Positions 58,590 through 64,000 of a DNA stretch of 64,000 nucleotides are shown here, piece after piece. This stretch comes from an uncultured Gammaproteobacteria bacterium (lineage in GTDB: Bacteria; Patescibacteriota; Patescibacteriia; UBA2591; UBA6264). The translations under genes and the position numbers were made by a program. The stretch's first letter is position 1. Each line of letters starts with the position of its first letter. Below the pieces are notes generated by a model, which was not told the DNA's origin, did not search any database, and was given only the letters and a program-made list of their open reading frames with translations. The DNA lies in assembly GCA_964596735.1 (NCBI GenBank), contig CAZQVF010000007.1:5772-69771 (forward strand), given 5' to 3'.

Positions 58590-59788
58590 AAGTTTTAATT
58601 ATTTGTTATCATCCACCAAGCAAAGGAGGCTTAGGTATTAATACTTATTTAATTGCTCAGGGTTTAAAAAAGGCCGGGACTGAAGTTGAGGTTGCCTCTA
58701 CTGAAGATTATCCTGGATTGAAAACACATATTTTTAAAAAATATGGGAAAAGCCCTTTTTTTTCTTTTAATGAAAAATATCTTTGTTCTTTTTTAATTAA
58801 AATTATTAAAAAACAGAAAATTGATTTAGTTCATGTTCATGACCGTTTAACTTCATTGGGGGCTTTAAAAGCGGGTAAAAAAATACAAAAACCAGTTATT
58901 GTTCATTTTCTTGATTATTGGTTTGCCTGTCCCAAGGGCCATTTATTAACCAAAGATTTAAGCACATGTTCAGGCATACAATTAAGCAGATGTTTAAAAT
59001 GTATTTTAGGAAAAGGATTTTTATGGAATTTGTATAAATACTTTTTCTTAATTAAAAGAGCGCAGAGAAAATTAGATCAGGCCCAAGCAAAAATTGTTGA
59101 AAGCGGGCAGGTAAAACAAATTTTACTGGCCAACAAAATAAAGAGAAATATTTTTATTGTTCCTGACCCGGTTGAAAATGATTTTTTTGAGTTTTTAACC
59201 GAACAAGAAAAACATCAGGTTAAAGAAAAATATAACTTAAAACAAAAAGTCGTCTCTTATTTTGGAGAATTAACGGCTCATAAAGGAGTTTTTAATTTAA
59301 TGCAGATTATTAAAAATATTAGTGATAATAATTTAGACAAAAACACCTCGTTTTTAATTGCTGGCTGGGGTGATTTAGAAAAATATTGTCAAAATTTTAT
59401 TAAAGAAAATAAGTTAAAAAATGTTATTTTAACCTATGTTGATAAACAAGAGATTAAAAAACTTTATGCTGTTTCTGATATTGTTCTAATTCCTTCAACA
59501 TGCCAAGACCCTTTTCCTAGGGTGGCTCAGGAAGCCATGGCTCAGGCAAAAGTAATTATTGGCTCTGATATGGGAGGGTTAAAAGGATTAATTGAGCATA
59601 ATAAGACGGGATTTTTATTAAAACCAGGTGATTTAAAAGTTTGGCAAAAAACAATTTTAGATTTATTAAATAACCCTGACTTAAAAGAAACAATGGGCAG
59701 GAAGGCAAAAGAAAAAGCTCAAGAATTTAAACAAGAGCTTGTAATTCAAAAGATAATTAAAGTTTATCACAAAGTTAATCAGATTTAA
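58586..59788 (+). CDS. GT-B glycosyltransferase (family 4/1-like)
   Basis: C-terminal E-x7-E-like region ...FPRVAQEAMAQAKVIIGSDMGGLKGLIEH... Confidence 0.7.
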   Translation: MKVLIICYHPPSKGGLGINTYLIAQGLKKAGTEVEVASTEDYPGLKTHIFKKYGKSPFFSFNEKYLCSFLIKIIKKQKIDLVHVHDRLTSLGALKAGKKIQKPVIVHFLDYWFACPKGHLLTKDLSTCSGIQLSRCLKCILGKGFLWNLYKYFFLIKRAQRKLDQAQAKIVESGQVKQILLANKIKRNIFIVPDPVENDFFEFLTEQEKHQVKEKYNLKQKVVSYFGELTAHKGVFNLMQIIKNISDNNLDKNTSFLIAGWGDLEKYCQNFIKENKLKNVILTYVDKQEIKKLYAVSDIVLIPSTCQDPFPRVAQEAMAQAKVIIGSDMGGLKGLIEHNKTGFLLKPGDLKVWQKTILDLLNNPDLKETMGRKAKEKAQEFKQELVIQKIIKVYHKVNQI

Positions 59789-59865
59789 TTTATTTTTAAT
59801 TTTAAGACGTCTTTTTACCTTACTTTTTTTTAAAAATTAAGTATAATAAAACCAGAAGTAATTAA

Positions 59866-60672
59866 ATGTTTATGGTTTTGATTTTTTACTTAATTGTCTT
59901 TATTCTTGGCTTAGCTTTCGGCAGTTTTTTAAATTGTTTGGTTTATCGCCTGGCTTGTCGAAAAACAGTTTTGGGCCGCTCTTTTTGTCCTAAATGCCAG
60001 AAAAAGATTGTTTGGCTTGATAATTTTCCTTTGGTTTCATTTGTTTTGCTTAAAGGCAAGTGTCGCGAATGTAAGGAAGAAATTTCCTGGCAGTATCCTG
60101 TGGTTGAATTAATCATGGGTTTTTTATTTGTTTTACCTGTTTGGCGTTTTCATTTAATCACGGGTGATTTTTTATTTTTCAATGACATCTCTTTTTATTT
60201 ATTACTAGTCCGTGATTGGGTAATTTTTTTCACCCTGGTCTTTACTTTTGTTTATGATTTAAAATACTTAAAAATAGAAGACATTGTTCTTTTACCCGCC
60301 GCAGTTTTAGTTTTTATTTTAAATTTATTTTCCCAGCCAGGTCAAAACATTTTGATTATAGCTGGTCACATGATTTTGGCTGTTTTAATCGGTGTTGCTT
60401 TTTTTGGCCTTCAATATTTATTTACCAAAGGAAAAGGAATTGGCTTAGGGGATTTACGCATTGGCCTTTTCATGGGCGTAGCTTTAGAAAACTGGATAAA
60501 TATTTGTCTGGCCTTGGTAATTTCTTATATTATAGGGGCCTTGGTCAGCCTGTTTTTAATTGTTTTTAAGAAAAAAGAGCTAAAAAGCCAAGTGCCCTTA
60601 GGCCCCTTTTTAGTCATCGGGACCTTTGTGGTTCTTATCTTTGGCCAGCAAATAATTAATTGGTATTTTTAA
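59866..60672 (+). CDS. pilD: Prepilin peptidase (A24 family, PilD)
   Basis: N-terminal tetra-Cys Zn motif CPKCQ ... CRECK, about 8 TM. Confidence 0.8.
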   Translation: MFMVLIFYLIVFILGLAFGSFLNCLVYRLACRKTVLGRSFCPKCQKKIVWLDNFPLVSFVLLKGKCRECKEEISWQYPVVELIMGFLFVLPVWRFHLITGDFLFFNDISFYLLLVRDWVIFFTLVFTFVYDLKYLKIEDIVLLPAAVLVFILNLFSQPGQNILIIAGHMILAVLIGVAFFGLQYLFTKGKGIGLGDLRIGLFMGVALENWINICLALVISYIIGALVSLFLIVFKKKELKSQVPLGPFLVIGTFVVLIFGQQIINWYF

Positions 60673-61226
60673 AAATGTTTAAACAAAAACAAAAAAAAGC
60701 TTTTACTTTAATTGAATTAATGGTTGTTATTGCTATTAGTGCGGTGGTGGCAACAATGGTTTTTTCAAATATGCGTTCTGGCGGGCGAGCCGGCGATGTC
60801 AATGCCAGCGCAGAAAAGCTGGCCGGAGTAGTTAAACAAGCCCAGATGATGTCTTTAAGTGGGAAATTAGTTGATGAAAGTCGGCCCACAGGTGGTTATG
60901 GAGTTTATATTGATACTTTAACCAGTCCTCATTCTTACAAGCTTTTTGCCGACACTTTTAACGTGGGCAATCATGAATATGATTCTGGTAATGATACGGT
61001 TATTCAAACCATTGAATTTGGAGAGCAGATAGATAGTACGCCGTCGCAGACATCTATAATCTTTATTCCACCACGGGGAACAATTTGGGTCAGCGTAGGG
61101 GCAGGGGGAAGCCTTTTAACCGGCAGTGATACCGCCCTTGTTTTATTACAACATATTGATGCTAATTTTTATGCCTATGTACGAATTAATTCACAAGGAG
61201 AAATTGATGTACGAAAAACAGAATAA
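60660..61226 (+). CDS. Pseudopilin / minor pilin with prepilin-type N-terminus
   Basis: KKA|FTLIELMVVIAISAVV; start may be the Met at 60675. Confidence 0.6.
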   Translation: MVFLKMFKQKQKKAFTLIELMVVIAISAVVATMVFSNMRSGGRAGDVNASAEKLAGVVKQAQMMSLSGKLVDESRPTGGYGVYIDTLTSPHSYKLFADTFNVGNHEYDSGNDTVIQTIEFGEQIDSTPSQTSIIFIPPRGTIWVSVGAGGSLLTGSDTALVLLQHIDANFYAYVRINSQGEIDVRKTE

Positions 61227-61749
61227 AGCCCAATCATTAATTGAAACCATTGTTGCCATTGGCATTATTGTTGTTGCCATTGTCGCTATTTTATCTGTGG
61301 GCTTAACCTCCGTAGTTTTAGGGGGACAATCATCAGAAAGAGTTTTGGCTACTAATTTAGCTAGAGAAGGAATCGAAGTTGTCTATGCAATTGTTAGTAG
61401 TAATCGTTTAGATCCGGATCAGTCTTGGCCCTATGGTATGACTACCAATGACATTTATATTATTGACTACAATGACACTGCTTTGGATACCGCAGCTACG
61501 TTTGATGGGGGAGAAACAATTGATAATTGCACCAATTGTTACCTTTGTAAGCAAGTTAGTGATTTATATACTCACGTTAATTGTCTTTCACACCAAGTCT
61601 TTCGAAGAATGGTTGCTGTTTCAGCCGGAGATGATTTAGGTGGTAATTGTAGTGGTTGTGAAAAAAAACTTGTGGCCACGGTTTACTGGATTGAAAGAGG
61701 GAGAGAGCATACCCTTACTTTAGAGTCCCACTTAACTGACTGGCGTTAA
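61206..61749 (+). CDS. Pseudopilin-like protein (atypical prepilin N-terminus)
   Basis: MYEKQNKAQSLIETIVAIGIIVVAI with Glu at +5; Cys-rich C-terminal region. The ORF opens at 61126, but the ATG at 61206 is preceded by GGAG. Confidence 0.5.
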
Positions 61750-61757
61750 TTTTAAAA

Positions 61758-62354
61758 ATGACAAAAATACATTCTAAACAATCCTTTACCTTAATTGAAC
61801 TTTTAGTTTCTTTAAGTATTTTAGTTGTCGCAATTTTAGCTGCTTTGGGCATTTATATTAATGTTATTGGGACAAGGCAAAAAACCCTAGGCCAGCTTAA
61901 TATTCAAGAAGACGGCCAATATTTAATGAGTTTAATTGTTAAAGATATTCGGGCGGGTATGGTTGATTATGATAACTATGGAGCAATCAGTTCCCCTGAG
62001 GACGAATTATTGCTCTTGGATTTATCCGGAGACCAGGTGCGTTATAAGATTAGTGCGGCAACTCCGATTGTAGACGGCGACTGTACAGTCAGTCGTTGTA
62101 CTTTGGAAAGATGTGAAAACAGTGATTGTAGCGTGGCGGGCAATTATCAAACAATCACAATGACAAATATTAGCTTTGAACGCTTAGATTTTTATATCAA
62201 TCCAACAAGTGATCCCTTTACGGCTGGATCAACTACTTATGAACACCCAAGAGTAACAGTTCTTCTTAAGTTAAGATCTCTAAGGGAAAAACCAGGAGAG
62301 AAAGAATTAATTTTACAACAAACAGTGCCTCAAAAATATACTTATCGCAAGTGA
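61758..62354 (+). CDS. Pseudopilin / minor pilin with prepilin-type N-terminus
   Basis: KQS|FTLIELLVSLSILVVAILAAL; the stop codon directly abuts the tnpB stop. Confidence 0.6.
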   Translation: MTKIHSKQSFTLIELLVSLSILVVAILAALGIYINVIGTRQKTLGQLNIQEDGQYLMSLIVKDIRAGMVDYDNYGAISSPEDELLLLDLSGDQVRYKISAATPIVDGDCTVSRCTLERCENSDCSVAGNYQTITMTNISFERLDFYINPTSDPFTAGSTTYEHPRVTVLLKLRSLREKPGEKELILQQTVPQKYTYRK

Positions 62355-63670
62355 ACTACTCTACACCTGAGGGCGCAAGAGCTTCCTGCTTCACAGTCGA
62401 GAGCAACCTCTCAACTCCACAGGCGTTACTTCCCGTAGTTCCTACGGTAGTTAATGCTAATTGAAGAATATTTCTAGCGGCGTTAATATCTCTGTCTATT
62501 GTTAAGCCACAGTGAGGACATTTGTGAATTCTTACGGCTAAAGATTTAGGAACAATCTTTCCGCAACTAGAGCATATTTGAGATGTATTCTGAGGATTAA
62601 CTCCTATTGCATACAGACTAGCTTCTTCCGCTTTGTATGTAAGCATTTGGAGAAATTTACCCCAGGAGGCATCGGCGATTGACTTGGCTAAATATCTGTT
62701 TTTAACCATGCCCTTGATAATCAATTTTTCAAAGGCAATCAATTGAAAGTTATTTACAAAAGATCTGCTTAATTTGTGTAAGAAATCTGTTCTTTGATTG
62801 TTAATTTTTTCGTGGCATTCAGCTACCTTTAATCTTGATTTGGCCCTATTTTTGCTTCTTAGTTTCTTTTTAGAATGTTTTCTCTGAATCTGGGCTAGTT
62901 TCTGCTCTGATTCTCTGAGATATCTAGGATTATGTATTTTTTCTTCTTGAGAAGTAGTTAAGAAACTATTCAACCCTACATCAATCCCAATCATATTTTC
63001 ATGTTTGATACTTTTGACTCCTGTCTTAATTGGCAGTTCTTGCTTGATCTCAACTGCAAAACAAGCATACCATTTATTAGTTGAAGTTCTTCTAATTGTT
63101 AATGTTTTAATGTTTCCTTTGATTTCTCTGTGAAGTATGATTTTCAAAGAGCCTATTTTTGAAAGCTTCACGCTATTGTTTTTTAATTCAAACCCTGATT
63201 GAGGGTAAACAAGACTATCATATCTATTTTTTCCTTTAAATCGAGGATAGCCTGGTTTTTGTTTCTTTCCGTTCTTGTTTTCTAAAATTCTTCTAAAGAA
63301 ATTCTGAAAAGATTTGTCCAATCGTCTGGGCACATCTTGGAGAACCTGAGAATATATCTGTCCTAATTCTGGTTTTTCGTTTTTAAGCTCTGGTATTTGT
63401 TTTATCTGGTCATAGCAAGAAACTTTTGTTTTATCCTTTTCATAAAGATTCCTTCTTTGTTCAAGAAAATAATTGTAAAGCCAGCGACAGGAACAAAGAG
63501 CTTTTTCTAAAATCTCCTGTTGGGTTTTGGTTGGATAGAGTCTGTATTTATAGGTTCGTTTTAGCATATTTTTGTCTTCATATTTATGTCTTTATTATAT
63601 ACTATCTTACGAAAAATGAGAGCTTTCATCTCGCCCCCTAAAGGGGGTAAGTTTTCTCGCTCGCGGGTCT
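62340..63670 (-). mobile_element. IS200/IS605-family tnpB-only element (IS1341-like), about 1.3 kb
   Basis: Intact tnpB (62356-63567) with no tnpA; GC-rich hairpin-rich 3' end in 62356-62480; CCCCCTaaAGGGGG subterminal hairpin at 63636-63650 about 70 nt upstream of the tnpB start. Boundaries are approximate. Confidence 0.6.
62356..63567 (-). CDS. tnpB: TnpB (OrfB) RNA-guided endonuclease/transposon-associated protein
   Basis: N-terminal MLKRTYKYRLYPT; RuvC-I IGIDVGLNSF, RuvC-II Glu in FEKL, zinc finger CSSCGK ... CPHCG, RuvC-III RDINAARNI. Confidence 0.85.
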   Translation of the reverse strand: MLKRTYKYRLYPTKTQQEILEKALCSCRWLYNYFLEQRRNLYEKDKTKVSCYDQIKQIPELKNEKPELGQIYSQVLQDVPRRLDKSFQNFFRRILENKNGKKQKPGYPRFKGKNRYDSLVYPQSGFELKNNSVKLSKIGSLKIILHREIKGNIKTLTIRRTSTNKWYACFAVEIKQELPIKTGVKSIKHENMIGIDVGLNSFLTTSQEEKIHNPRYLRESEQKLAQIQRKHSKKKLRSKNRAKSRLKVAECHEKINNQRTDFLHKLSRSFVNNFQLIAFEKLIIKGMVKNRYLAKSIADASWGKFLQMLTYKAEEASLYAIGVNPQNTSQICSSCGKIVPKSLAVRIHKCPHCGLTIDRDINAARNILQLALTTVGTTGSNACGVERLLSTVKQEALAPSGVE

Positions 63671-64000
63671 ATAAACAAAATCAAGGTATTTCTTTAATCT
63701 TAACCCTGTTAATTATTAGTTCTGTTTTAACCGGAACAATTTTGGTGGCTGATATTACTATTCGCCATAGTCAAATTATTCATGGGGCTGAAATTTCTGA
63801 AAAAGCCTATTTTGCTGCAGAAACAGGAATTCAAAAGGCGGCTTATCAGGCAATGAAGAATTATACAGATATTTCAACCTATAGTTTAGATGACAGCTTT
63901 GGCGATGGTTCAACTTATACAGCGACAATTAGTGCTGATACAGAGTGCCCCAACCCTCCTACAGAATGTAGTGCCCTGCCCATTTCAGCAACCAATCCAT
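63616..64000 (+). CDS. PilX-N-like minor pilin / pilus assembly protein (partial, runs off window; N-terminus possibly chimeric with the IS end)
   Basis: KQNQGISLILTLLIISSVLTGTILVADITIRHSQ ... AYFAAETGIQKA resembles the PilX N-terminal domain; its first roughly 15 codons overlap the IS subterminal hairpin. Confidence 0.4.
   Translation, partial: MRAFISPPKGGKFSRSRVYKQNQGISLILTLLIISSVLTGTILVADITIRHSQIIHGAEISEKAYFAAETGIQKAAYQAMKNYTDISTYSLDDSFGDGSTYTATISADTECPNPPTECSALPISATNP

Overview
The window is an AT-rich bacterial chromosomal segment, roughly one third GC by eye, with short intergenic spacers and a tRNA-rich layout. Its style resembles a small, reduced genome, possibly Patescibacteria/CPR-like, but that is an inference only.

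Core content:
- Eleven tRNAs are present.
- A 23S plus 5S rRNA unit has its own promoter and no 16S gene upstream.
- Housekeeping genes include gdhA, thiI, iscS/iscU, tig, nusA, murA, mraY, ruvB, ctpA, rpmA, ftsW/rodA, pth, der and an LCP-family gene.
- A MacAB-like ABC efflux module carries an unusually long coiled-coil adaptor.
- There are two polysaccharide/glycosylation clusters.
- A type IV pilus cluster contains a major pilin, the prepilin peptidase PilD, three pseudopilins and a PilX-like gene.

Accessory or unusual content:
1. An intact TnpB-only IS200/IS605-family element is inserted between a pseudopilin gene and a PilX-like gene.
2. A four-gene AT-rich islet (HEPN-like protein plus three small membrane proteins) and a free-standing LAGLIDADG homing endonuclease sit in a hotspot of three tRNAs downstream of iscSU.
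3. A roughly 2.2 kb islet abuts the 3' end of tRNA-Ala(TGC) and is bracketed by a 16-bp direct repeat of that 3' end. It contains a decayed SDR pseudogene flanked by 14-bp inverted repeats and GC-rich structured non-coding DNA.
4. A co-directional operon encodes Mpl-like Mur ligase, a DUF1611-like P-loop protein, MraY, an NlpC/P60-like protein and an ATP-grasp protein. It lies next to murA, a PLP enzyme and an unannotated 56-aa LysW-like zinc-ribbon ORF.
5. A roughly 70-90 nt intergenic motif with a variable GC hairpin occurs three times.
6. A tRNA gene has anticodon TAT.

No CRISPR array was seen.
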